The notes beneath the pieces were generated by a model, which worked only from the letters and a program-made list of their open reading frames with translations, was not told the DNA's origin and did no database searches. From Carcharhinus longimanus (taxonomy: Eukaryota), in assembly GCA_030264375.1 (NCBI GenBank), contig JASCQW010000032.1, positions 43,873,709-43,937,708 of the forward strand: a DNA stretch of 64,000 bases. Reading direction: 5' to 3'. Made by a program: the position numbers and the translations under genes. The stretch's first letter is position 1. Each line of letters starts with the position of its first letter. Of the stretch, positions 1 to 11,402 are shown piece after piece.

Positions 1-1515
1 AACTTCCCCTGCACTCCACCCACAGTCAACTCCCCCTACATTCCACCTGTACTCATTCAACTCCCCTACACTCCATCTACATTTCCTCAACTCCACCTAC
101 ACTCCACTTACACTGTCTCAATTCTCCTACTTTCTGTCTACATTCACTCAACTCCCCCTACACTCCCTCCACACTCCCTCAACTCCCCTACACTCCCTCA
201 ACTCCTCTACACTCAATCTACATTTCCTCAACATCCTCCACACTCCGTCAGCAATCCCTCAACTGCCTCAATGTCCTCCATACTTCCCCTGCACTCCCTC
301 CACACTTCTTAACTGCCTCAACTCCTCTTAAACCCTCTCTATGCTCCCTCCAGTCGTCTACACTTCCTCCACTCCCTCAACTGCCATTACACTCTATCTA
401 CACACTCTCCACACTCCTCCTACACTCCCTCCATTCCCTCAACTCCTCTACACTCCAACTGCCTCAACTTCCTCCACATTCCCTCAACAATCCCTCAACT
501 GCCTCAACTCCCTCCACAGCCTCCCTAGATTTCCTCCATACCCCCTACACTCACTCCACACATTTACACTCCCCTATACTTGTTACACTGCCTCAGTTCC
601 CTATGCTCCTTCTATACTTCCTCAACTCAACACTCCATCTACATTCCCTCCAGATGTTTACACTTCCCTACCCTCCTTACACTTCCTCAGCTCCCCTACA
701 CTCCTCTACACTTCCTCCACTCCATCTACACTCAACTCCCCCTACACTCCAACGTTCCCTTAACCTCCCTACACTCCATTTACACTCCCTCAACTCCCCT
801 TACACTCCATCTACACCCACTCAACTCCCCTTATACTCCATCTACATCCACTCAACTCCCCCTACACTCTCAACTCCTCCACATTCCATCTACACTCTCT
901 CAATTCCCCCACACTCAACTCCCTCTACACTGCCTCAATGCTTCTACACTTTCTCTATACTCCCATACACTCTGTTCACACTCTCCAACTTCTCCTATAT
1001 CCCTTCAACTCCCCTATACTCCCTCTACACTCACTCAACATTCACTCCTCTCCCTCAACTCCTCCACACCCCCTACACTCTCTCAACTCCTCCTACACTC
1101 CCTCTAAGCTCCTCCGCAGCCTCAACTCCTCAGCATTCCCTCAACACTCCCTCCACTGCTTCAACTCTCCCTCCACAATCCCTCCACTGCCTGGATTCCT
1201 CCACACTCCCTCTACATCCCTCCACTCCTCTACACTCTACACTCCCTGCCCTCTCATCACTTCTTTACACTCCCTCATCCCCTCCACATTCTCCCTACAC
1301 TCCCTCAACTCCTCTTACACTCCCTCAACTCTTCCACACTGCCTCAACCCCTCCACACTGCCTCTACACTCCCTCAATGCCTCCACACTCCCTTTACATT
1401 CCCTCAACCCCTCCACACTCCCTCTACACTTTGTCAACTCCTCCACACTCCCTCTCCACTCTCTCCACTACCTCAACTCCTCCACACATCCTCCGCTGCC
1501 TCAACATCACCCCCT
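1..1515. repeat. C-rich degenerate tandem repeat (unit ~CCTACACTCCCTCAACT)
   Basis: Continuous variants of 'ctacactccctcaactc' with almost no G on the + strand; ends at a 100-N gap. The long P/S/T/L/H ORFs here are artefacts. Confidence 0.95.
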
Positions 1516-4500
1516 NNNNNNNNNNNNNNNNNNNNNNNNNNNNNNNNNNNNNNNNNNNNNNNNNNNNNNNNNNNNNNNNNNNNNNNNNNNNNNNNNNNNN
1601 NNNNNNNNNNNNNNNCACCCCCTACGCGCCCCCCCCCCCCGCAAAAAATCCCTCCACAGCAAAGGCTCTGGCTCACATCCTAATCAGACTAATGCGAAGC
1701 CTTTCTTTGCCAACATTATAACGTCGTGCTTTTATGACCTGAACTGAGACATTTTGTGATCAGTTTAGAATGACTCATACCTGCCACACACGATTGCGCC
1801 TAACTAGTTTTGTAAGTATCCGCAGCTGTTGCCAAAAATGTGATGGTTTTAATGTCATGATCTTACAGTATTGGTAGCTGCTGTAAGATGTTATTTTTTA
1901 AATTTTACGCCTCAAGGATACACTTCTTTATTGCATTAAAGATTTGACATAGAAGCAACTTATTGCATTAACTGCACCATCTAAAAAGCAACCACTTCAG
2001 AGAGTAACTTGTTGATTTCATAATGTTGGCGATGAGTTTGGGGGTAGAAATGGAGGTAGTGAATGATAATGTATCGAGTGAGAAATTAACGGAGCTTGGT
2101 CATAATGTAAACAAGCTGCAGATGGTACAAGAATCTGATGTAGAAAGAAACTGGAACCAATGTGATATTTTTAATGACCTATATTGAAATAGACTCCAGG
2201 AGAAACATTTCCGGAGGCTTTCCTTTGCTCAAAACTGAATAAGAACGGAGGGGGAGGGGGGAATAATACAATAGATAATAAGATAACGGTAAAGCTAGCA
2301 AGCGGCCCAACTGTTACAACTGTGTTACTGTACCATCATTATAAGGACTAATATAAACATGCAATTTACAACAAAATCAAAGCATGTGAGCTATAATATA
2401 GAAAAGTCTGTTGAACGCTGTACTCACTTAAAAGGTATTTACTGTAGTTATTAACAAGATATCGCTTGTGTGGCAGCGAAACTGCATCTACCACTGACGT
2501 GAAACGGTGAAAGAGCACGCGTGCATATGCAGCAGTTAGTGATTCATTTGATTAAATGCCAGTCTCAAGAGCTCTGATAAACAGCTGAAGGCGCCTCCTA
2601 TTAGCATAACTCTGATACTTAATTTTCATACGCATAATTAGCCATATATTTAACACCAATTGCAACATCCAATCCTTTCATCGTTAAACAAGTGAGCCTA
2701 AACCATAGCAGAGAGATGCCTGTATGCGGGGCACCAGATTAAAAATATCATGCAGCATATCGGTAATGTACGGAGGTTTTTGTATGCCACATGCGACCCG
2801 AGAATGATATGAAATATCTAGAAAAGCATACTTCAATGTGGGAGATTAATTGCACTGTTTTGTTTGAAGGGTGAATAAAAGGTACTTAAAATGCATTTTC
2901 GGGTTTAAATACTTCACATACAGCGATAAACGGTGTAATTTGAATCCTGATGAGACGCTGGCGGCCAGTAAGTGTAAGGCATGGCTGATGTAATACAAAT
3001 GCATACATCTGGAATAAAGAGTATTAAAAGCTTAAGTGATTTTTAACGCTCAGATATTTTTCAATGATAAAATGTCGATTTTTAACATGCGTCGAACACT
3101 TCCGAAGTTCTGGGCATTTATTTTTCCATAATCCATTCTCCTCGATTTCCCTCCTTTCCGTTGGGAAAATCAGATTATGATTTGGGTTTTCACCTAGTTT
3201 AGACAGTAGCTGATTACACTCTCTGTTTATATGTAATCTAACGGTAGTCATTCCATAATATTTAACTTAACAACGCCGATCCACGAAACGATAACAAAAG
3301 GTATTTAACTTCTCAAGGCATATATAATTAATGACAAAAAACAAGCGAGGAGCGAATTCTTAAGAATTGCTGCAAGACAGAATTCCCAGTAAAAAATGTG
3401 CTTTCACCAAGTCAGCAAATAACCCCGTTACATTTATATTTCCGCAACGCAAGCTGAGATGTACGCACATCTGCAATTATCGATGAGGCATTTTGGTTCT
3501 GTAATCATAACTGGAAATCATAACTGGAAGCCGTCTTTACAAAAGTTCAGAATTCGGAAGAAATGCATGTTTCCGTCTGATTAATTAAAATAAAATCTTT
3601 TAGCATTTTATTAAGAAGGTCGTGGAGAGAAATGACACAACTTCTCAGTAACCCTCAAGTCATTGCCTTGTTGTTGTACTACTGTTTCAAAAGGTTCTGC
3701 GAATTCAGATTTTTTTTTACTGTCCCGCTGTTATTGAATTTTCCCCACAGGATCAGCAAGTGAAAACTCTTTCTCGTACCAACCCATTGCTTCACCTAAC
3801 GTCACCACCGCAGTAAAACAACTGAAGAATTGACCGTGAAAATTTATATGTCAGCTGCACAATAATGCCCGGCCCTGAATGAAATATTTAATTACAATCA
3901 ACTGTTTAGGTCTATTCTGTCTTTTGAGTAAGTCTGTCCGTGGCCAAGCCAATTAAGCACTAAAATTGCGGCTCCACAAATTGATATGCATATTTATGCA
4001 TGTGTTAGGTTCATAAAAATATTTGTACTGCAGGCATGTTCAACATCTCTCGCTGCCAATGAAGCTTATTAGTGTGTGTTTTGTTTACAGAAACGAGTGA
4101 CGTGCAAAAGATATCCATTTAAGAGTCCACAGGCCAAAAAAATCATATTTCCCAAACTTATGCATTAGCTGCAGAAGCATCATATTTTTATGAGCTTTGA
4201 ACAGTTTCTAAGCTTAAGAGGAAGTCTAGTTAAACCACGTGTAATATACAATTAAAACACTTCATTTCAAATATATTCGATTCAACAAATGGTTCAGCAA
4301 TGTTACATTAAACTACTTATCTTAATATTATTTAAGATATAGCAAATTACTCAATTTTAGAAGCATATTGTATATTCATTGAATTACAACTCTTACAACT
4401 ATTTACTTCGAACAAAAAGGACGGAGGGGAAACAAATCAAGTGATCTCGATAATAGCTAGAATCTGATTGCATTTCTCTGAGTGAAGAATTCGGCGCAAA

Positions 4501-7375
4501 TATACTTTCCGAGTGGAATCGCGGAGATCTGTCTGTGAATCCATCGGCAGCTAAAACAGAAAGATTTCAGCACCTGTTTCGGGTGAAACTTATACCACGA
4601 ACAGTTCAGTTGTCGATTTGGTTCAATTCTTCTAATATTTAAAATGAACAGAGACGTTTTTATCTAAAGATCTTGTAAACAGGCAGAATTAATCTGCTCT
4701 GAAATTCACTCGGGGCTAACGTGACAATCTTACTTAATTCTTCCGACGTGTGTGTGATTGTGTCCAGATGCCACACGAATTCCATCAGCACCGAGACCCA
4801 TTTCCCCAAGTTTTTTAAAACGGATAAAAATCTACTGCGCAACAAATCCATACATTCGAATATGTATTGATCCATCATCGTTGTTTTGGGTTTCTCGTTC
4901 CGTGTGAAAACTGACCGATTCAAGTCTGACCGCAATTGTTTGCAAAGTCACTTGTAAAACGAGGGCTGTTAATCACAGTGCTGCTTTAATAGCATCAAAA
5001 GTATGTTCAATACAGGATCCGCGTGTAATATTTTAACTTATTTGCATAAGCACATGCGTTCCAAAGAAAACTGCCAGTCCAATTTGGGAATAAATATATT
5101 TCTTATAAAACTATAATTAACAACACAACACCACGTTACGTATGATCTTTATCAGTCAGCGTGTTTAAAAACACCTACACGTAAGCTCTGACTATCCTCA
5201 AGTGCGTTACCATAATTAATGAATTAATTACATGCACAATTAAAGTGACAAATCTCGTTTCTGCATTTCTATGCTTTTACGACATTCAACCCACTTATAA
5301 AAAGGTTTCATATTAAGAACCAGGGCCCGGTAAGAACCAGGATCCAGTAGGAAAGATGAAAACATTCTTTGGTTTGATCAACTTGATTTGTTTTTCTGAT
5401 AAATAAAAACTGACGGCAATCAGAATTGAAAACAAAATGGTGTAAACTTTCAACAATTTTAACCCGTGAGAGAGAACATGTAAACAAATTGAGACCCTGT
5501 ATATGTGACGAGGGAACCCAGCCAAATAATTCTAAGTAATCGATTATTATTTTCTTGCTGGGTCTGGTTACAGTTCTGTCTGTCTTTTCGCCCTTTCCAG
5601 TTTAATGCTAGACGTTTCACACTTAAATCTCTTCATATGAAAGCTTTCCCTCTTGCAGTGACCATTTATTTTACTTAGTCTTACTGTAAATGATACTGTG
5701 CATTTTTTCAGCTTTGTTTGGCGACTTATTTTCAGTACATAGGATTCTACAAAATTAAACGCGCAATATCCATACAATGTGGTGCATTAGATATTACACA
5801 GATGCCCTTTACAGGTTTACAATTTGTCCCGATAGGACAGATTGGGGTTACAATAGGCTATTGTCGCAACAGGGCTCGGTGACAAGATTTACCTTCATCT
5901 AGGAAATAAAAGAGAAGCCAGTGTCCGCTGGCTGAGCAAAATAGGAACAAGTGGTTACCAAACGTCAGCTCCAGATATATCAATGAAGTGATAGGTCTTT
6001 AAATGATTCTAGATTGCATATTAATTTAGAAATATAGCTAAGGTAGAAAATTTCAACAGTTGTGGTTAAGGCATGAACGATCCCTGACGTGCAGTAGTTG
6101 ATTCAGTTTTTGTGCAGTTTTACAAAAAAAACCCCAGAAAATTGCAGAAACAAAGTAATCCATGACCTTATCTCGAATGAGAAAATGTACTTTCAGACTC
6201 TAAAGGAGTTGGCAATGATCGTACATTTACCGAGAACGTGACGACCCTACTATGAGGGAGAATAGTCAAGCCCGATAGATAACTGGGGGAGTTACATTGA
6301 TTAATCTGTTTCATTACAAAATGTAACACATGGCGATGATATTATAAAAATACAGTTTCGCATTTTAATTTATCCAATCACATAGCTTTTGATACCTGTC
6401 GTCTGCGTATTCATAACTAATTATATCACAGTTTGTCGCTAATCAATGTTTTAATGGACAATTTGAAAGCCTAACGATTTCTCCTGCCTTTTCCCTGTAA
6501 TGTATAGACTGAAAACCCACCAGTTTGGATGGGATAAACAATTCCCGTCGTCATCAGCTTAATTACAGATTTCCCAATGTTCAGAACAAAGTGAAAATTA
6601 TCAGTGCAATTGGAAAGCCGCACCCAACTGACAAACATGGTTGGAGCGATAAAAGCGCGTGACATGTACTGTCTGGAAACAGGGGGCTTTAAATTAATTC
6701 TATTAATTATTACGATTATCTGATGACGATGATACCACACATTTGACCACCATATATTGACACAAACTTTTCAACCAGTCAGTCCCGGGGCCATTGAACA
6801 CCGACATCCATCATGTTTAACAACAATGGGTTAAAGATATTCTGATTAGATCAAATGCTCTTTCTTTAGACTCTGCGCTTTATAGCAATTCACATTTTAG
6901 TTGGTAATGATTTGATTTGTTGTCGAAATAGTTAATTCCACGTGGATATAACACATGGTTAATAATGTGCTTCACAATCTGTAAATGAAGCGGGGTTAAA
7001 GTTGCCATTCGCAGCGTTTTTTATTGGTTTGTCTATTGGTTATGAAGATGCCGCCTTTCAGCAGCCGCCTTCCGCTTACATTGTTTAAAGTCAAATTCAA
7101 CTCAGTCCTTCATTTAAACGTCCGCAGAAGTTGCACCTTTTTTAAAAAAAAACAGCTTTTAAACTCAATCTACAATAGGCGGCTATGCAACGCCCTGCCG
7201 ATAATTCAAACTGTTTCATACTGTTCCTTCAAACCCATCAGCAAACGAATGGGAGCCGATCCATCTCCACACGTACGTAACATATACACAAGCTCGATGG
7301 AGCATTTCCCATTTCTCGACCAGCTGCAATTCTGGCACCAAATGCACATAACACAACATCATTATTTTCATAACA

Positions 7376-7381
7376 TTTATT
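7376..7381 (-). promoter_or_regulatory. Candidate polyadenylation signal (AATAAA) of METAP1D
   Basis: tttatt on + strand about 210 nt past the stop codon; a second candidate is at 7020-7025. Confidence 0.5.
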
Positions 7382-7591
7382 AAGACCTCGCAGTAAACAC
7401 GGTATGTCAGAAACGCTCTAAATGGAAGAAGTAGCCAATTCCAACGCACAAATTTCCTTCGGTCAATTTCGACCTTACTCCAATGAACCGAGCGTCCATC
7501 AGCAGCGTTAACAACTGAGCGGTCTTGAAATATACTCAGGTCAGATAGTCTTTTTAATACGCTGTCTGCAGCGAGTCCCCGATTTTCCAGT

Positions 7592-7676
7592 TTACCCTTG
7601 ATCTTCCTCTGGCAACTTGGTTAGGATTTCTACTCCTTTTGATGTAATTGCAATAGTATGTTCGAACTGCGCGGAT
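7592..7676 (-). CDS. METAP1D: METAP1D last coding exon (human exon 10 equivalent): (R)SAQFEHTIAITSKGVEILTKLPEEDQG*
   Basis: Manual translation of the reverse complement; SAQFEHT MetAP1 motif; acceptor tttcag at 7677-7682; TAA stop at 7592-7594. Confidence 0.96.
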
Positions 7677-7825
7677 CTGAAAAGATAAGAATTTAATTTA
7701 TAAAAATGTACCACTTGGGGAATAATGAAGCAAATATATTGAAAAGACGATTAATAGTAGGAAATATTGGTAGGATAAAACATAATTCCTAAAAATAAAA
7801 CAAACTACAAAGTAATTATCAGCAC

Positions 7826-7904
7826 CGAAGGTTATCAGCAGATACTGCCGTCCACCCATCCTGTAAAATTCTGAATTCTGGGGATCCCTCCATGAGAATT
7901 GGTT
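7826..7904 (-). CDS. METAP1D: METAP1D exon (79 bp): (E)PILMEGSPEFRILQDGWTAVSADNL(R)
   Basis: Acceptor ttctag, donor GTGCTG; phases fit both neighbours; resembles recalled human EPIITEGSPEFKVLEDAWTVVSLDNQR. Confidence 0.94.
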
Positions 7905-9282
7905 CTAGAATTAAAATGAAACATACAAGACAGTTAGACATCTGTCACAGGAAATGGGCACAGATGCCAAATGCATTTTCTTTCATGATTACTTAAACAG
8001 CATAACAAAGTAAAAATGTAGCTGGAAGGTTAAAAGGTAACATTAGTGGCAAATTTGGAGATTTTAAAATAGTATCCCTGGAAAGTAGGACTGAAAGACT
8101 TTTTTTCAAGTGTAAAGTTAAAATAAACGTGAGCAAGAACTTAGTTTTTAAGGCCTGATAAATGTTTTGTATAATCTGCAAATCAGGGTTTCAGAGACAA
8201 AGTATTGGGGTTGTTCAAAATACATTACACAAATTGTTTTATATTCATTGAATAGTTTATTAAAAGATTTAGAACCAATTTCAAAACTTTACACCAATGT
8301 TGTGGTTACATAAATCAATGTAAAGTAGTTCTCTTAGCTGCCTTTATGTCAGAACATTGACTCTATTTCATGCTGTGTCACCCACATTATAATGGTTAAT
8401 GGTGATATACTGCAGTATTGTGGTCTTAGCTCAGCCAAACCAGTTAAACTGCCAGGCATCAATGTTTAAAATATAGTTGTATGCTTGTATGGGAAAGGAA
8501 CAGGAATAGGCTATTCAGCCCCTCAAACCTGTCCTGCCATTCAATTAGGAAACTATGCCTACCTGCCATGGTTCTTAACTCTTAATATACTTGGTGAACA
8601 AAAATCTATTTGCCTCAATTGTGCTTTGGAGGAAAGAGTTCAGGTTTCCACATCACCCTTGAACTGACTAGCTCTAATGTTAAGGTTATGTCTCCTTGTT
8701 TTGGACTTTTCCAGCAGAGGAAATGGTTTCTATCTACTCTATCAACTCCTTTGATCTTCTTAATCACCCCAATTAGATCACCCCTTATTCTCCTGTACTC
8801 AATGGATGAACTTCAATGGATTAAAAGGCTTTTCTCATCCTTCACTTATGATCTTCTGAAAAATTTTACTAATGACATGTACACATTGCTATTTTTCAAT
8901 AAAGTGAATGAAAGCAGGGGGAAAAACATTAAACTACACACTAAAGTCTACAGGGTATAGTAATCACAAAGTATTTTATTCCACAAAAAATGCACTGACA
9001 AAATAAAACTGATTTACTCCATAATACTTATCAGGAAATGAACTTTTAACAAATGTAAAATAAAATGCAATTGAAAAAAGTCAAGATTAAATATTAAGGC
9101 AGAAAAAAACCATCACGCAACTTGAGGTAATTTAATGCAAATAGAGTTGTAGAGTTTAAATGGATTTATTTTCTCAGAAAAAAATAGTGCAATTTTGCTT
9201 TTCTAGATTCCTGCACCAACTGGCTATTGGAAATGCATTTTATGCAGTGACAGTTATCAGGTAGAGTGATGACAATATTTAC

Positions 9283-9330
9283 CTATTGTAAACGTCATTC
9301 CCTCTTCCATCACCAGGTCATTGGTATTAG
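9283..9330 (-). CDS. METAP1D: METAP1D exon (48 bp): (A)NTNDLVMEEGMTFTI(E)
   Basis: AG acceptor at 9331-9332, donor GTAAAT; MEEGMxFTIEP motif is formed on splicing. Confidence 0.94.
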
Positions 9331-11207
9331 CTGTTACAATGGCAGAAACAAAGTTTGTAGTTACTTATGCTGCTTATCGGAGAGGTACATCAAGCCTAAC
9401 AACTCAACATGACATAGACTGCTGAAAGTTCTTCATGCATTATCGTGCAGTTATCTCAATGTCTATCTATCCCTGCTGCTAAGTGGATCAAAACCTTTAA
9501 TGAAAATTAAGGTCTATACAGGTAAATTTGCACTCAGTTGTGTGTGATTTAATACATTCACTGCATGTAACAACAATAAATCAAATCAAAAACATTTAAT
9601 CTCCCATAACCTGAAATAACTGCAATGCTTAATTTTCAAATAAACAATTCAAAGGTTCATTTTTTGTTTGTTCTACAAAGCATCCCAGGACAAAGTACAC
9701 AAATCCCATTAATAAGACATACTTGTCAAAAATTCAACTTTATTAATAGAAAATGCTGTATTCACATAGGATAAATAAACTATTGCTTTTTCGCTCCTCC
9801 TTTCCACTAATGAAATAACATTATTTGTAATTTTAAGCAATTGCACTTTAAAACTTTCTCATATAAGCCACATAGAACCCTTTGTTTTGGCTCATGCTTT
9901 TTGTCCAATTTGCATTCAACATAAACTAAATGGCTTCACCAGCAAATATGTTCCTATTTAGAAAGTAACTGGATTGTTTTAAGGAAGTAGATGGTAAAGT
10001 CTATATTTCACAAACACTGACTTTTTTTTAAAGAGCTGGGACAATAATTCTAAAAGCAGGCCCAAATAAACCAGATGATAGGTTGGTTTTAGTAATTATG
10101 CACTCCTTTTCATAAGGAGAGCATCAAATCCAAATGCACAAACCCAATTTTAACAATTAAATGCTATAAACAGTCATCCATAAATATTTTTGTTAGAAGA
10201 TCTAAAGCAAATTTTAAAATTACACGGATTCTACTGTTCAACGTATTGTAAAAGAACCAGAAGGGGAATGAGGAGAAATTCCTTCACATAGCAATTTATA
10301 ATCTGGGGTGTACTGTCTGAAGTGGTGGTGGAAACAGATTCAGTAATGTTCAAAATTTAATTAAATATATTTCAAAAGGATAAAATTACAGGGCCACGGG
10401 GAAAGAGCAGAGGAGTCAGACTAATTTGGCAGCTCCTATAAAGAGTTGGATCAGAGCTGATGGGACAAATGGCCTCCTTCTCTGCTGTAAGAAGCTATAT
10501 AGATAAATGTGAAGCAGTTCTCTCAGCTAGCCTTACATCAGAAAGTTTATTCAATTTCATGCCGTGTTAAATGCACTGTGCTCACTGCACTCGGTCTACT
10601 GGTTTCCAGCTTGGGTCAACTAGGGATCACTGTGCAGGTACATGTAGCAGTGGAAATCATAAACATGACCTAGCTGACAGCTGAACAGGTATAGGATTTT
10701 CTGGAATGTACCAGTTTGAGTTAGGTGATATGACCTGGGAGGCTGGTAAAGTCAATACAGTTGGGTGCCACTCTTCCACAGGTTAAGGAGGGATCTTCTA
10801 GCTTATATTCTGAGGCAAAATCAGTCAGGGTTCCTGCACCTGGTAACTGCCAACTAGCACATGCTTGGAGTGATTGTGTGCAGGCTTCACTTGAAAGCTC
10901 ACCAAGGCTAAACTTCAACCCCTCTGCATTAAAACAGCCTGCCAAAATTAGAATACATTTGAGTAAGTGGGTGAGGTAATGAAAGGCATCCAAAGAACGG
11001 TATCCCAGCAAAGAGTTAATTCTTTTAGGAAAGAAGAGAGCAGAAAATTATCTGGAAAGTAAAAAGGCAAATAACATGCAAGCCAATGAAAAGAAAAAAA
11101 AGGATCAATAACAATTACAATAACGAGTTTCCAAATTCCTCTGGCTTTGTCTGGAAGAATAACAAACACCGACATAAATCAGCAGCGGAGTTTTCATCCA
11201 GAATGTC

Positions 11208-11402
11208 ATCTTTTCTTGGCCTTTTGGCTAAGATCAAGCATAGCTTTAAGCAGGAGATCAAGTTTAGTGCCTGTTCTTGTCAGCTTGGATCCAGTATGTC
11301 TTTTTTGTGGGGGCCAAATTTAATTTGAACTTGAATTGGTTTTTGGAGCAAGTAAGCAAGCAGATGGATTAAGGGCTTGCACTGTCCACAGTGCGCATTG
11401 GC
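11208..11402 (+). pseudogene. Degenerate U2 snRNA-derived copy with internal duplication, 3'-truncated
   Basis: atcttttcttggccttttggctaagatcaag matches the U2 5' end; then agatcaagtttagtgcctgttcttgtcagctt, Sm-site-like ggtttttggagca and agatggattaagggcttgcactgtccac follow U2 order. Confidence 0.88.

Noticed and set aside
341-1747. Overlapping 140-372 aa ORFs
   Set aside because: They arise from a stop-poor simple repeat and run through Ns.
1700-7500. DLX1 coding exons
   Set aside because: No homeodomain or Dlx N-terminal sequence found in the ORF track or by eye; the gene is presumably outside the window.
11208-11402. Functional U2 snRNA gene
   Set aside because: The branch-site recognition sequence GTAGTA is altered in both copies, the 3' stem-loop is missing and no clear PSE is visible.
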